Of a stretch of DNA of 64,000 nt, positions 16,501-36,124 are shown in pieces. A model generated the notes under the pieces. It was not told the origin of the DNA and did no database searches. It saw nothing but the letters and a program-made list of their open reading frames with translations. Source of the stretch: the human T2T-CHM13v2.0 reference genome, Homo sapiens; NCBI RefSeq assembly GCF_009914755.1, contig NC_060938.1; one strand, 5' to 3'. The position numbers were made by a program, and so were the translations under genes. Each line of letters starts with the position of its first letter. Positions within the stretch are counted from its first letter, which is position 1.

Positions 16501-17939
16501 TCTCCATGTATAGACTATGTTGATGTTAAATGAAGATGATAGGGCAGTTTTTAATGTAATATCGTAGTGCTAGACAAAACAATGTTTTATGTAATTAGTG
16601 TTATATATTAATAACTGCTGCTCATGATGTATCTTTTTATTATTAGTGTCATTGCAAGAGCAGTTTAGACAAGGCTACAAATCTACAAGATGACATCAGT
16701 TAATACAGTGAAGACAGCTGGAAATGCAGAGCATTCATACAGGAGGCAATGTATTGTAATGGAGATTTCCGTTTCATTTCTCAGCAGAGAGCAGCCACTG
16801 TCTTTTGTGTTTGGATAGACATATGGATATAAGAAAAATTATAGAATAGGATAGAAGACATAGTAATCTAATGAGTGTTCTGACTGAATGTTCTAACCTA
16901 TGAAATTATCAGTCCAAAACTACATGTTCAGAACTTACGTGCAACATTATCTTGCGTTATATTAGTAAGTACATTAAAGGAAATAGTGGGAAGAATAAAA
17001 TTAAGAGAAGAAAAAAGGTTTTTTTTTCTTTTTACTTGAAGAGCTTCTTTTCAGGAATGGTATGAGTTTTTCCCCAAGCCACCTTAATTTTAAAGTGGCT
17101 ATAAGAACCCAGAGAGTGGTACTAAAAGTAACTAAAAGTCTCTTAAGAGGTACTTGCTTTTCAAAGCTATTGCTGAGATTCATGTAAATTAAATGTGTGC
17201 AAAGAAAAATGTGTAGAGAATTATTTTAACACTCTTGACTGCTTCCTCCAATTTGAATTTGTTGGATTTCTTTTTACTCTCCCAAAGTCCACTTAAAGAA
17301 AGAAATGTTCAATATTAAATTAAGAAACATTAAGAGAAATACATATTTCACTGAATGTGTTCTTCACTTCATTAAGAAAGCATAACGTCCTATGCAGCAG
17401 TAAATATTCTTTCAGCTTTTTGATAGTACAGCTCATGTAAACTAGAATCTTCTTATTCTTTAGGGGTTTAGAGGAGGGTGTCATACCGTAGGTTTCTGGG
17501 TAATATAACTAGAGAATGTTAATTACTCAAGGGTATTTGCATTCTTTGGCGTACTTATGAATATGTAATTGTGCCGTATTACACTAACAAATTTGTTATT
17601 GATAGAAGAACTGTCCAACTAGCTGGACAACAGGAAATATTATAAAAATACATAAGTGCAAAATTAGTGGGTGAAAATAATATAAAGTCAATATCATTTA
17701 ATAAATATTTGTTACACCTTTGACTATCAGCTCAAACCACAGATAAATTGGATTTTTCTGATGCTATAAGGTAACCATACACTTACTGACAACAAAGGGA
17801 GAAAGAGTGTCTCTATACTTGAATATCAGGTTTGGAAGCCAATACTGCTCCATCAAGTCTAAGGATTAACCTACAAATATCACACATTGTATAGCTCTCC
17901 TTTGCACATTTACTTTCAGGCTTAGCCATTCTTTTAGTT

Positions 17940-19115
17940 ATGCATTCATTAATTCACTCAGCAGATATTTTTTGAGTTTCATAAATCAGGCATAGGGTAA
18001 GCCACTGGAGATGTCAGACAGGTTCCTTTCCCAATAGAACTTCCATTCCAGTGGTACAAGACGGTCAAAACCAAAGTAGATAAATAAACAAGATAATTTT
18101 AGAAAGCCACAGTCCTAAAGTAAAAACAAAAGCTATACAAAAGAAAATGCTTAATTTAGGGGAAGGGATACAATAGAGCTTCTTTAGATAAGATAGTAAG
18201 GAAAGGCACTAAAAAGTTTATGGGTACATAGTAGTTGTCTATATTTATGGGATACACGAGATATTTTGATACAGACAAACAATGCATAATAATCATATCA
18301 GGGTAAATGGAGTATCTATCACCTCAAACATTTATAATTTGTGTTACAAACATTCAAATTATACTTCTGTAGTTATTATAAAATATACAATAAATTATTG
18401 TTGACTGTAATCACCCTGTTGTGCTGTCAAATACTAGATCTGATTCATTCCATCTAATTACACTTTTGTACCCATTAACCATCCCTACTTCCTTCCCACT
18501 CCCAAATACCCTTCCCAGCCTCTAGTAACCATCCTTCTACTCTCTATCTCCATGAGTTCAATTGTTTTAATTTTCAGCTACCACAAATTAGTGGGAATAT
18601 GCTAAGTTTTTCTTTCTGTGCCTGGCTTATTTCACTTAATTTAATGTCCTCCAATTCCATCTATGTTGTTGCAAATGAGAGGATCTCATTCTTTTTTATG
18701 GTTGAATAGTAATCCATTGTGTATATGTACCCCATTTTCTTTATCTATTCATCTGTTGATGGACACCCAGGTTTAGGAAAGCATTTCTTAAGAGGTGGAA
18801 TTTGAGCCGAGAAATGAATGATAAGTGGAAGCTGACCATGAGAAAGCCAAAGGAAAGGAAGGATATTTGTGGCAAAGGTAACTGTGGGTGCAAAGTCATT
18901 AGACAGCAATAAGTTGGGTCTATTCAAGGAAGTAAAATGTCAGAACCAAGAGTACAGAGTGGAGAGAAGTATAAAAATGGGGAGGGAGAGGGAAGCAGAG
19001 AAGACATCATCTGCAGCCTTGCAGACTTGTAGGTAAAAGTTTGGATTCTATTTTAAGGCAGTGGGAAGCTTTTATATAGCTTTTAGCTGGAGAGTGAGGT
19101 AATCTGAATTATGAC
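17940..19115 (-). mobile_element. L2 3' fragment, interrupted by an L1MA
   Basis: Starts cattcattaattcactcagcagatatttt; resumes after the L1 with tttgagccgagaaatgaatgataag...tttggattctattttaaggcagtgggaagc. Confidence 0.65.
18211..18774 (-). mobile_element. L1MA2/3-like 3' fragment
   Basis: tgggtacatagtag...cagggtaaatggagtatctatcacctcaa...cccttcccagcctctagtaaccatc; degenerate TSD aggaaaggcact / aggaaagcatt. Confidence 0.85.
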
Positions 19116-20523
19116 TGTTTTTATTTCTTTAATGAATTACGGAGCTGGGTCATGAGCCTAGAGTTGGGGAGGAATGTTAATGGTTTGAGAAGAGAGAAAA
19201 GGATACCAAACGGCTGTTTTGAACTGTGGAGAGTGAACATACTCAGGCAATACTGACATCTAGTTGAGATTTCTAGTTGAGGATCGAATTACTGTCATTT
19301 CATGTAACATGATTCAGATTGTAAAGAATAATGTTCTCTATCACTCCGCAGACTCTTATATTCTGTATCAATCACTTGTACTACTTCACATTAAAATCTT
19401 TTAATGTAGTCACCTATTTTCTCAAAATTTTACAAGTTCCTTGAAGACCCTTATATGATGTACTTCATCATACATCTTGCTGCCCCTAAAATTCCGTTGA
19501 AACAGCAGGCACTCAGTAATTACCTTAAAGAATGACTTATTGTCCCATTGACCTAGGCTGTATGTAACATGTTTCAGGTACAAAATAAACAAGATCAGGG
19601 CCAAAATCTAAATTTGGAGTCACCTGGATTTTTCCCCCAAAAGAAATTGATAAATATGCATGCACAGATCGGGGTCCTGGTCTTCAACTGAATACTTGTC
19701 ATTACATTTTCAAATGAAACCCTAGCAAATCCATTTCATGAGATGTTCCTGCTTTGAAAAACCTCAGCTTAATAACATGTTTTGTGTTCAAACCATAAGT
19801 TTTCAAACCCCAGCTGTATTGTAAAAATAGACACTTACCTTACCCCTTTCTGATGTTTAACCTGAACAAATTGCTGGACAGAGGATATGGTAATAACATT
19901 AGCTCAAAGAGCATGCATGGCAGTGCCAATTCTTTAATTCTTATTTTAACTTCAACACCTTCCCCTGCCTCCAGCATTTCACTTAGAAATGGAGAAAATG
20001 AGAGGGTCAGGTTGTCGTTGTGTTTGAGAGTAATCATGGTTTCCTTCCATTGTCAGTCTCTATTAACACAGTGTTGTTCTTTCAAAGAGTACATCAACCC
20101 ATTTTCCTGGACAGTATTTTCTTGAAACTTTTTAAAAATTTAATTTAAGTTTCAGAATACATGCACAGAAGGTGAATATTTGTTACATAGGTAAATGTGT
20201 GCCATGGTGGTTTGCTGCACCTGTCAACTAATCACCTAGGTATTAAGCCCCTCATGCATTAGCTATTTATCCTGATGCTCTCCCTTCCCCCTTGCACCCT
20301 ACAACAGGCATCAGTGTGTGTTGTTCCCCTCCCTGTGTCCATGTGTTCTCCTTGTTAAGCTCCCACTTATAAGTGAGAATATGTGGTGTTTGGTTTTCTG
20401 TTCCTGCATTAATTTGCTGAGGATAATGGCTTCCAGTTCTATCCATGTCCCTGCAAAGGACACGATCTCATTCCACTTTATGGTTGCAGGGTATTCCATG
20501 GTGTATATATACCATATTTCCTT

Positions 20524-20913
<390 letters not shown>

Positions 20914-21132
20914 TGATTCCATGCCTTTGCTATTGTGAATAGCACTGCAATGAACAATTGCATGCATGTTTCTTTATAATAGAATGATTTGTATTTATTT
21001 GGTTATGTACCAGTAATGGGATTGCTGGGTCAAATGGTATTTCTGCCTCTGTGTCTTTGAGGAATTGCCACACAGTCTTCCACAGTGGTAGAACTAATTT
21101 ACACTCCCACCAACTGTGTAAAAGCATTTCGG

Positions 21133-21423
21133 GGCCAGGTAGAGTGGCTCACACCTGTAATCCCAGCACTTTGGGAGGCAGAGGCGGGCGGATTACGAGG
21201 TCAGGAGATCAAGACCATCCTGGCTAACACGGTGAAACCCCATCTCTACTAAAAATACAAAACATTAGCCGGGTGAGGTGGTGGGCACCTGTAGTCCCAG
21301 CTACTCAGGAGGTTGAGGCAGGAGAATGGCGTGAACCCGGGAGGCAGAGCTTGCAGTCAGCTGAGATCACGCCACTGCACTCCAGCCTGGGCGACAGAGC
21401 GAGACTCCGCCTCAAAAAAAAAA
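21133..21423 (+). mobile_element. AluY-like inside L1
   Basis: ccatcctggctaacacggtgaaaccc and ggagaatggcgtgaacccgggagg; TSD aaaagcatttc on both sides. Confidence 0.95.
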
Positions 21424-23479
21424 GCATTTCTACTTCTCCACAGCCTCACCAGCATCTGTTGTTCCTTGACTTTTTAGTAATTGCCATTTTGACTGGCATG
21501 AGGTTGGCGTGAGATGATATCTTGTTGTGGTTTTGATTTGCATTTCTCTAATGATCAGTGATGTTGAGCTTTTTTTTCATGTTTGTTGGCAGCATAAATG
21601 ACTTCTCTTTGAGAATTGTCTGTTCATGTCCTCTGCCTACCTTTTAATGGGGTTGTTTTGTTCTTGTAAGTTTGTTTAAGTTCCATGTAGATTCTAGATA
21701 TTAGACCTTTGTCAGATGGATAGATTACAAAAGTCTTCTTCCATTCTGTAGGATGTCTGTTCATTTTGATGATAGTTTCTTTTGCTATGCAGAAGCTCTT
21801 TATTTAATTAGATCCCATTTGTCAATTTTTGCTTTTGGTGTTTTCATCGTGAAAATTTTCCCTGTGCCTATGCCCTGAATGGTATTACCTTGATTTTCTT
21901 CTAGGGTTTTTATAGTTTTGGATTTTACATTTAAGTATTTAATCCAGCTTGAGTTAATTTTTGTATATGGTGTAAAGTAGGAGTTCAGTTTCAATTTTCT
22001 GCATATGGCTAGCCAGGTTTCCCAGCACCATTTATTAAATAGGGAGTCCTTTCTCCATTGCTTGTTCTTGTCACGTTTGTCAAAGATCAGATGGCTGTAG
22101 ATATGTGGTCTTATTTCTGAGATCTCTATTCTGTTCCATTTGTTTATATATCTGTTTTTCTACCAGTACCATGTTGTTTTGGTTACAGTAGACTTGTAGT
22201 ATAGTTTGAAGTTGGGTAGCGTGATGCCTTCAGCTTTGTTCTTATTGCTTAGGTTTGTCTTAGCTGTACAGACTCTTTTTTTGGTTCCATGTGAATTTTA
22301 AAGTAGTTTTTTTTCTAATTATGTGATGTGTCAATAGTAGTTTAATGGAAATAGCATTGAATCTATAAATTACTTTGGGCAGTATGGCCATTTTTACAAT
22401 ATTTATTCTTCCTATCCATGAGCATGGAATGTTTTTCCATTTGTTTGTGTCCTCTCTGATTTCCTTGAACAGTGGTTTGTAGTTCTCCTTGAAGAGGTCC
22501 TTCACTTCCCTTGTTAGCTGTATTCCTCTTTGGAAATTAAATGATCCTATATCTAGAAAACCCCATTGTCTCAGCCCAAAAGCTTCTTAAGCTGATAAGT
22601 AACTTCAGTAAAGTCTTGGGATAGAAATTCAATGTGTAAAAATCACAAGCATTGCTATTCATCAATAGACAAGCAGAGAGCCAAATCATGAATGAACTCC
22701 CATTTACAGTTGCTACAAAGAGAGTGTTTTCTTGAAACTTGATATGATATCAGAGCATCATTGAAAACTTATGGCAGAAAGGAAAGGACCCCTGTTAAGT
22801 CACCTATGTTCATCAGCCCCTGTCCAGTGTTGAAGGATTCTGGTATAAAGAAAATAGACTCAATTACTCTGGAAAACTGCAAATTGAAAATTGTAAGTAC
22901 TTTTTTCTTCCACATATCAAAAATCTTGCTACTCTGCAGTTGATCTTACTTCTAAAATGTTTTCTACTATATAGGCTACTATTCTCTCATCAATGAAGTC
23001 CAATGTTTCTGATTATATCATTGCCAGATAATATAATTAATTTCCCTTCACCTAAGAATCATTATTTTATATATTTTATGCTAATATTACACCCATGCCT
23101 CTTCTTCTTCAAATTATTTAGGCTACATGTTCAGTTGCCCTGCATTCTTACATTCTATTTTCTTTCTCTCTGTTTGTCATCTTCTTTGTTTACTGATCAG
23201 GTTGTACAGCTGCACCTATTAGCATTCTAGGTCCAATTATGACTTTAATTTCAAAACACTCTGTTGCTTTAGCAGGAAAAAAATCACACTGGCTTCTGAC
23301 ATCATATTAGTACTTGTGTGGCATTCTTCTTCCAAACAATCTCATGTTTTCCATCTTTGTGAATCCCAAACACATTCTTGCTATAGCTCATCTGACTATA
23401 TCATCAATCGATAATGAGAGGAACAAGAAGGCAAAGTAACTTGATGGAAGATGTGAAAATAGCCCCACAACTCACTTAC

Positions 23480-23615
23480 GGAGTCATAGTAGTCAAGGGT
23501 GGGCTCTGGAAGAGGACCGACCTGACTCTGACCTCTGGTTCTGCTACTTACGTTTTTTGCAACCTTGGCCAGTGACTAAATTTTTAGCATCTCTGTTTTC
23601 TCTTTTATAAAATGT
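23480..23615 (+). mobile_element. MIR fragment
   Basis: ctggttctgctactta...accttggccagtgactaaa...tctctgttttctcttttataaaatg MIR core. Confidence 0.55.
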
Positions 23616-23750
23616 CTGCCCACTGACTAGACCATAATAATACAGAGCTCCTTCTAAAAACATGTAATATTGTGCAAGCATCTGGTAACTGTTTACCTGC
23701 TAGGTTCACATTTCTCCTTTGCCTTCTTCCTTATGCTCCATGATACGTAA

Positions 23751-23909
23751 GGTGGGGGGAGTGGGGAGGGACAGCATTAGGAGATATACCTAATGTTAAA
23801 TGATGAGTTAATGGGTGCAGCACACCAATATGGCACATGTATACATATATAACTAACCTGCACGTTGTGCACATGTACCCTAAAACTTAAAGTATAATAA
23901 TAAAAAAAA
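23751..23909 (+). mobile_element. very short L1PA3/4-like 3' fragment
   Basis: gcattaggagatatacctaatgttaaatgatgagttaatgggtgcagcacacc...taaaacttaaagtataataataaaaaaaa. Confidence 0.93.
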
Positions 23910-24029
23910 GATTTTTAAGATGCTGGTATAGTGCTCTTTAGTGCTTCTATGAGTTAGTTCATCCAGTTCTTCTGTCTGGTTTCTCTTTCTAATTTTCTTT
24001 ATCTATCTCTTATTTCTTCTTTAGTACTC

Positions 24030-24792
24030 AATGATTAAAGAATCCTTCCTTCTCTGATGCCTTCCTAGATGGGCTAATTGTCCATTCTTTCATGTTCGCA
24101 TTGCATGGAAGGCATCTTTTCCTAATTGCACTTAGCAGATTGTGTTAGTATGCCATCATTATATAGCTGTCTCTCTCCTTGGAATGCAAACTCCTGATGA
24201 TCATGCAGCAAATTATATTCATCTTTATATATCTAGTGCCAAGCTTAGAGTGATCTCTATGACTTTTGCTGACATTAGGGAAATTAGTAGAAATCCACCT
24301 CCTATTAAGTGACAAACAGATTAATATTAAGTTATTCAGAGATATCCTAAGTGTTTCTACCTTTTAGAGTGAAGAATAACTCTGCATCACCATCCTCTTG
24401 AATGGGAAATCTCTGTGTCCCTAGAATTGGATATTGTGAAGGAGCTAGTGGAAAAATTATTAGAGGATATGGGCAACTGCTCTTTTTTCCTGGAATGTGC
24501 GATCTACTTTGATCACGCTTTTAACTGTATTTAAAACCTACATATTCTGTCTTATTATTTTCCAGCTCTGATTAGCTTCTCCCTGGCTTTTGCTCCCCAA
24601 GTATCTATTTTGTTCATGCTTCTATTTAGGCCTTTACCACACTGCATTGTAATGATCTGGGGATATCTATCTTCTCTTCTGGAGTGTGTGTTTCCTAAGA
24701 GCAGGAGGGGGCATGTCTTACTTATTTACAGTTTGCAGCTGTTACTAGGCCTGGCACATCATAAGCACTCAGTAAATATTGAATAAATGATT
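24030..24792 (+). mobile_element. two L2 3'-end fragments
   Basis: tgtctctctccttggaatgcaaactcctga...atctagtgcc, and ggcctggcacatcataagcactcagtaaatattgaataaatga. Confidence 0.55.
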
Positions 24793-26884
24793 CAAATCAG
24801 CCAAGTGCTGTGTTTGGATTAGGTAACTCAATATAACCTGCTGGTCAGGAGGAATAAGAGTGTATCAAGATGCATTTCAAAGAGCAAATAAAGACAAGGT
24901 CTTCACTGTGCTGAGTGTGTTTTCAGTGCCTTCTTAAATGTCAAAGTGTGAGTCAAGTTCACAATGTTCTTGAGATTTAAAGGAATAAACATGTTCTGTC
25001 CATGTCTTACATATCCCAGGACTCTTATTTTTCCTAATTTGGATGTATTTTTTTGTACAGTAAATAGACTCCATTGATCTGTGTATAAGACAATCTTCTG
25101 TATATACTGGACCCTCCAGCTGCTAGTGGTGCATGCTTGGAGGTTCTTCCTGTTCTCGCTTGCATTTTTTTTAAAGTAGAATTCACCTGAAGCCAGTTTT
25201 CACACTACAGAGCTAATTGCTATGCAAAAGTGAATGATGTCTCACATTAAATATTCCTTAGAGCATAAAGCTGACATTGAATATATAATTTTAAGCAGCT
25301 CAAGCAATATTCACTAAAGGGTTGACACAAGAGCAAGTATCACAGGAAAATGTAGGTGAGAAGGGAAATGATAAGTATGTTAAGGCTTTTCCTATCACCT
25401 CAGTACAGTCATACCTTCATTTATCTTGCTTTTTATATGAGGTTTAATTTTTATTTTAAAGAACTGGGTCAGATCCCTTAGGTAAAGCTAAATTTTTGCA
25501 CAGAAATTAGGTATATTTGGAGATTCATTAACTCTTCAAGGCTCCCAGGAAAACAATGTTGCAAAAAGGGCAACAATGCAGTCTACTAAATGGCATCTTT
25601 ATTGTCTGAAAGCAAAATGATAGTTCTTAATTATAAAGGTTTATAATTCAAAGTACTATCTTGTGCTAAAGGCAAAGTTTACATTAATTATTAATCAGAC
25701 ATATTAATGAGGGGACATATTTCTCAGTGGACTCTCAGACTTGTGGAATTCATGAGTGAGCAATTTTTAGCTTGTAGGACCAAGGAAATTCCATGTTTGA
25801 TAGCATAAAAGTGTTAGATATCCCACATCCAGGGCAATTTTGAACTTAGTTCAGGCAAATGCATCATTTATTTAAAAAAATGATTTGAGACTGTTGACCT
25901 TTTGTTAAGCATATTCATTGAAGAGTTTTTAGCATTTGGCTAATTTCACATGCGGTGAGTTATGTAAATGCAGAGTAGAATGCAAAGGCAACCATGAATA
26001 CTATTAAATTCATACATAGCACAATATATACATATAGATTGTCCTTTGTATTTGAAGGTGATGCTGCTGTTGTTGTCTCTGCTATTTTCTGTGTGTTCAG
26101 ATCTGGCTGTTTGATTGGCAATTCCTACTGTGTACAGTCTGCATATGTGTCGAATAACAACTGCAGCCATTGCCTGGAGGGCTTGATTGCTAGATTGTTC
26201 AATATTTATTAAGCACCCAAGAAGTGCTAGGTGCTGCACTGAACAGTACAAGTGAAAGACTGCTGCTGCTCTCTAAATATTCTATTCCAAGGTGACTAGT
26301 GGAAAGCATATGCTTTTCATCTTTTATGTGAGTTGACTTAAACTGTGGAATTAGAAAACAGAACACCAGTTACCAGTTGTTGTTCTTCAGTAATATGTAA
26401 GGTAGGTGGCTACTTTCTGGAAGTGTTCACATTACAAGGCCATATTTGAATAACCCCATTACAACGGCCTAATAAATGTGAAGGTCAGAAAAGGATGATG
26501 TGAAAATGTGATATTATTAAGGGAGAATGAAATGAGAAAACAACTCAGGGTTAGGAGAATTTTAGTTTTTACCTAAGGATAGAGAAAAGAATCTAGTAAT
26601 CATCTCAAAGTTTCATCATAGTAAGACTTTTAGGTCAAATTGAGCAACTACATCTTTGACCATCATTCAAATTGAAATCGGATACACTTTCTTCATACTT
26701 TAATCATAATACTTATAATGATAATGGCATTGTAAAACAATGAAAATCAGTAAACTCATATGAAAATAACTGTTTTTAAGGTTTGGCTATACCCTGTTGT
26801 ATTTCTTAATGTCTTTGACACCAAGCACAGAGTTTCCTTTTAGTAACAATAGGTTTTAAAAATAATTGGAGTGATATACAGATG

Positions 26885-32180
<5,296 letters not shown>

Positions 32181-33004
32181 ATTGAAATTAAGAAACTGAT
32201 GGAAAGACTTGAGATTTGAAAAAAATTGGTTAAAGTCTAATACAGTGCAAATTATAGTCATTGTTAACCCAAGCATGTTATTCATTGTTGAAAACTGTAA
32301 GCTCTATAATTTGTCTTTTAAATTTTCATATATATAGACGTACAATGGAGGTTTTATGTGTTTGTTTCCAGACCTCTGCAATATAGCAAATATTACAGTA
32401 AAGTGAGTCACACAAATTTTTTGGTCTCCCAGTGCATATAAAAGTTTTATTTACATTATATTTTAGTCTAAGCGAGCAATAGAATTTTGTCTAAAAAAAA
32501 CAATGTATACACCTTCATTTAAAAATACTTTCTTGATAAATAAAAAATGGTAATGATCATCTGAGCCTTTAGCTAGTCATAATCTTTTTTTTTATTAGAG
32601 GGATTTGCCTTTCTGTTGATGACTGCTGATTTGCCAGAATGATGGTTGCTGAAGGTTGACAATTTCTTGAAACAAGAAACAATGAAGTTTGCCCCATTGA
32701 TTGACTCTTCCTTTCACAAAAGATTTCTCTGTAGCATGCAATGCTGTTTGATAGCATTTTACCTACAGTAGAACTTCTTTTAATATTGAAGTCAATCCTC
32801 TTAAGGTCTGAGTCTGCATCAGCTCAGTTTATATAAGATTCTAAATACTTTGTAGTTACTTCAGTAGTGTTCACAGCATCTTCACTAGGAGTAGAGTTCA
32901 TCTTAATGAGCCATTTTCCTCATCTATAAGCAACTCCTCATCTCTCCAAGTTTGATCATGAGGTTGCAACAATTCAGTCACATCTTTAGGCTCTACTTCT
33001 AATT

Positions 33005-34610
33005 CTAGTTCTCTTGTATTTCTGCCACATCTGCAGTTACTTCCTCCACAGAAGTGTTGAATCCCTCCAAGTCATCCATGATGGTTGGAACCAACTTCTT
33101 CCAAATTCCTATTAATGTTGATATTTTGACCTCCTCCCATGAGTCACAGATGTTCTGATTGGCATCTAAAATAGCAAATCCTTTCCAGAAGATTTTCAGT
33201 TTACTTCTTTTGACCTCTCCTTCCATGAGTCACGAATGTTCTGATTGGCATCTAGAATAGTGAGTCCTTTTCAGGTTTTCTTTTATTATTATTATTATTA
33301 TTATACTTTAAGTTCTAGGGTACATGTGCACAATGTGCAGGTTTGTTACATATGTATACATGTGCCATGTTGGTGTGCTGCACCCATTAACTCGTCATTT
33401 ACATTAGGTATATCTCCTAATGCTATGCCCCCCTCCCTGCACCCCACGACAGGCCCCGGTGTGTGATGTTCCCCTTCCTGTGTCTAAGGACCACAGAAGA
33501 TTTTCAATTTACTTTGTCCAGATCCATCAGAGGTAACACCATGTGTGGCAGCTATAGCCTTATATATTGTCTTTCTTAAATAATCAGACATGAAAGTCAA
33601 AATTACTCTTTAATCCATGGGCTGCATAATTCTTATTGTGTGAACAGGTACTAAAACAATATTAATCTCTTTATACATTTCAGTCATAGTTCTTAGGTAA
33701 CTAGGTTCATTGTCAATGAGCAGTAATATTTTAAAAGGAATTGTTTTTTTCTGAGCAATAGTTCTCAGTAGGGTTAAGATATTCAGTAAACCCTGCTGTA
33801 AACACATGTACTGTTAACCAGGCCTTGTTGGTCCATTTATAAAGCACAAGCAGAGTAGATTTAGCATAATTCCTAATGGTTCTAGAATTTGTGAAATGAT
33901 AAATAAGCATTGGCTTCAACTTAAAGTCACCAGCTGCATTAGCCTCTAAAAAGAGGGTCAACCTATTCTTTGAAGCTTTGGAGCCAGGCACTGACTTCTC
34001 TAGCTAAGAACATCCCAGATGACATTTTCTTCCAATATAGGACTGTTTCATCTGCATTGAAAATCTGTTGTTTAATGTAGCCAACTCCATCAATGATCTT
34101 AATTAGATCTTCTGAAGAACTTGCAGCAGCTTCTATATCAGCATTTGCTGCTTCACCTTCTACTTTTACGTTATGGAGGCAGTTTCTTTCCTTAACCTAA
34201 TTAACCAACCTCTGCTAGTTTCCAACTTTTCTTCTGCAGATTTCCCACCTCTCTTAGCCTTCATAGAATTGAAGAAAGGTAGAGCCTTGCTCTGGATTAG
34301 GCTTTGGCTTAAGGAATGTTGTGACTTGTCTGATTTTCTATACAGAGCACTACAACTTTCTCCGTATCAGCAATAAGGCTGTTTCGCTTTCTTATCATTG
34401 GTGTGTTCACTGCAGTAGTGCTTTTTATTTCCTTCAAGAACTTTTCCTTTGCATTCTCAGCTTGGCTAACTGTTTGGCACAATAAGTCTAGCTTTTGGCC
34501 TGTTTTGGATTTTGACATGCCTGCCTCTGTAAGCTCAATAGTTTCTAGTTTTTTATTTAAAGTGAAAGATGTGAGACTCTTCCTTTCATTTGAACACTTA
34601 AAGGCCATTG
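33005..34610 (-). pseudogene. disrupted Tigger1 transposase (CENP-B-type HTH + DDE)
   Basis: ORF pieces [109 protein letters not shown]. Confidence 0.9.
33281..33488 (-). mobile_element. short L1PA5-like 3' fragment inside Tigger1
   Basis: (tta)n tail followed by tactttaagttctagggtacatgtgcac...cccacgacaggccccggtgtgtgatgttcccc. Confidence 0.93.
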
Positions 34611-36124
34611 TCGGGTTACTAACTGCCCTAATTTCAATATTGTTGTTTTTCTGGGAGTAGATAGGTTTGAGCAGAGGGAGAGAGATGGGGGAATGGGAAT
34701 GGGCAGTGAGTGGAGCAGTCAGACACACAATATTTATTGATTAAGTTTGTCAACTTACATGAATGTGGCTGGGGGTAACATTATGATAGTAACATTAAAG
34801 ATCATTGAGTACAGATCTTTATAACAGATGTAATAATAGTGAAACATTTAAAATATTTCTAGACCTACCAAAATGTGACATAGAGACATGAAGTGAGTAC
34901 ACGACATTGGAAAAATAGTCCCAACAGACTTGTTCCATGCAAGGTTACTGCAAACCTTCATTTTTAAAAAGTGTGAAATCTGTGAAATGCAGTAAAGTGA
35001 AGCACAATAAAACTAGGTGTGCCTGTATACATAAAACACTTTACTGTTAAAGTACTTTAAAATTCTAACCTAAGAGCTTTTATCCATAAATGAATTATTT
35101 ACAAGTAAAATAGCCAATATATCAGACTGTGATGTGTTTTTATATAAAACATGGTGAAAATTTTGTGTACATTAAAAATTAATGTCATATTGTGTTGCAT
35201 CTTTATTGGAAATGAGGAAAAGGGTGTATTTTAGTTTAAAGTCTAGAAATTTTTGTTTTGATACTTTTCAAATGACGAAGATGTCATCTACATAATCAAA
35301 ATGACTCCTTTTTACATTCAAACAATTTGAAGGGATTTACTTCAAAATACCCTTAATAGGGTCTGATCAAGAAAGTGCTAATGCAATACCTTTCTTTAGT
35401 TGTCATTATAATAAAATGAACGTTGCACAAAGAAGAGTTGGTCAGGACATGAGTAATAATGTAGTATTGACAGCCAAACTGCTCTATCTTTTGATGATTT
35501 CAATTTTCTGAGATTTAAGTAGAGAAGTGTAAGAATGCCAACACCCACTTTGCTGCTATTCATCTAATAGCTGCTTATCTAATGGGATATGCATTAATTC
35601 TTTTAACTGATTTAAACATTATCCACATCTTAGTATAATTATATGTCCTGTAACTATGTGGGCAAAGTTAAGAAAAAGTCACTGTAGGTTTTTGTAGAAA
35701 ATCCAGAAACCAATTAGAACTTTGATACATGAGTGAGCTGGAAAATTCAGTGGTGGAACTGAAGAAAATGAGGAGGAGGGAGGAGCGGAGAGGAGGAGGA
35801 GTGACTTTGAGCAGGTGTGAGTGAAAGGAGGGGCAGTAGAAGGTATAAAGGAACCATTAAAGAATAACATATTAAAATTTTGAAATAACAGAAAAGTCTT
35901 ATAATTTAACATGTCTTTCCTTCCAATGTACGTGGGTTCTGGGTCTATATTCATAGTAACTTAATGTCCTGAGGTATAACTGTTTTTGTTTTCTGACTCA
36001 TTTGATAGTCACTGGTCATGTTTCTTCTCAGATATTGTGATTTGAAATTACAAATGCAAGAATCAGTTTTAGTTCAGAGAGACACAGCGAGACTTCATAT
36101 TAGAAATCTATTGGTAGATAATTT

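Larger units (their letters stand above)
32335..35025 (-). mobile_element. near-complete Tigger1 (TcMar/pogo) DNA transposon
   Basis: Right end ...agcacaataaaactaggtgtgcctg|TA is the reverse complement of the Tigger1 TIR; degenerate left end TA|tagacgtac; transposase peptides in the interior. Confidence 0.93.

Noticed and set aside
26855-26884. TSD or 5' transduction of the L1PA7-like element
   Set aside because: aaaaataattggagt vs aaaaaattgaaatt is too A-rich and degenerate to call
33005-34728. Domesticated TIGD1-like gene
   Set aside because: The transposase is split over several frames and interrupted by a duplication and an L1
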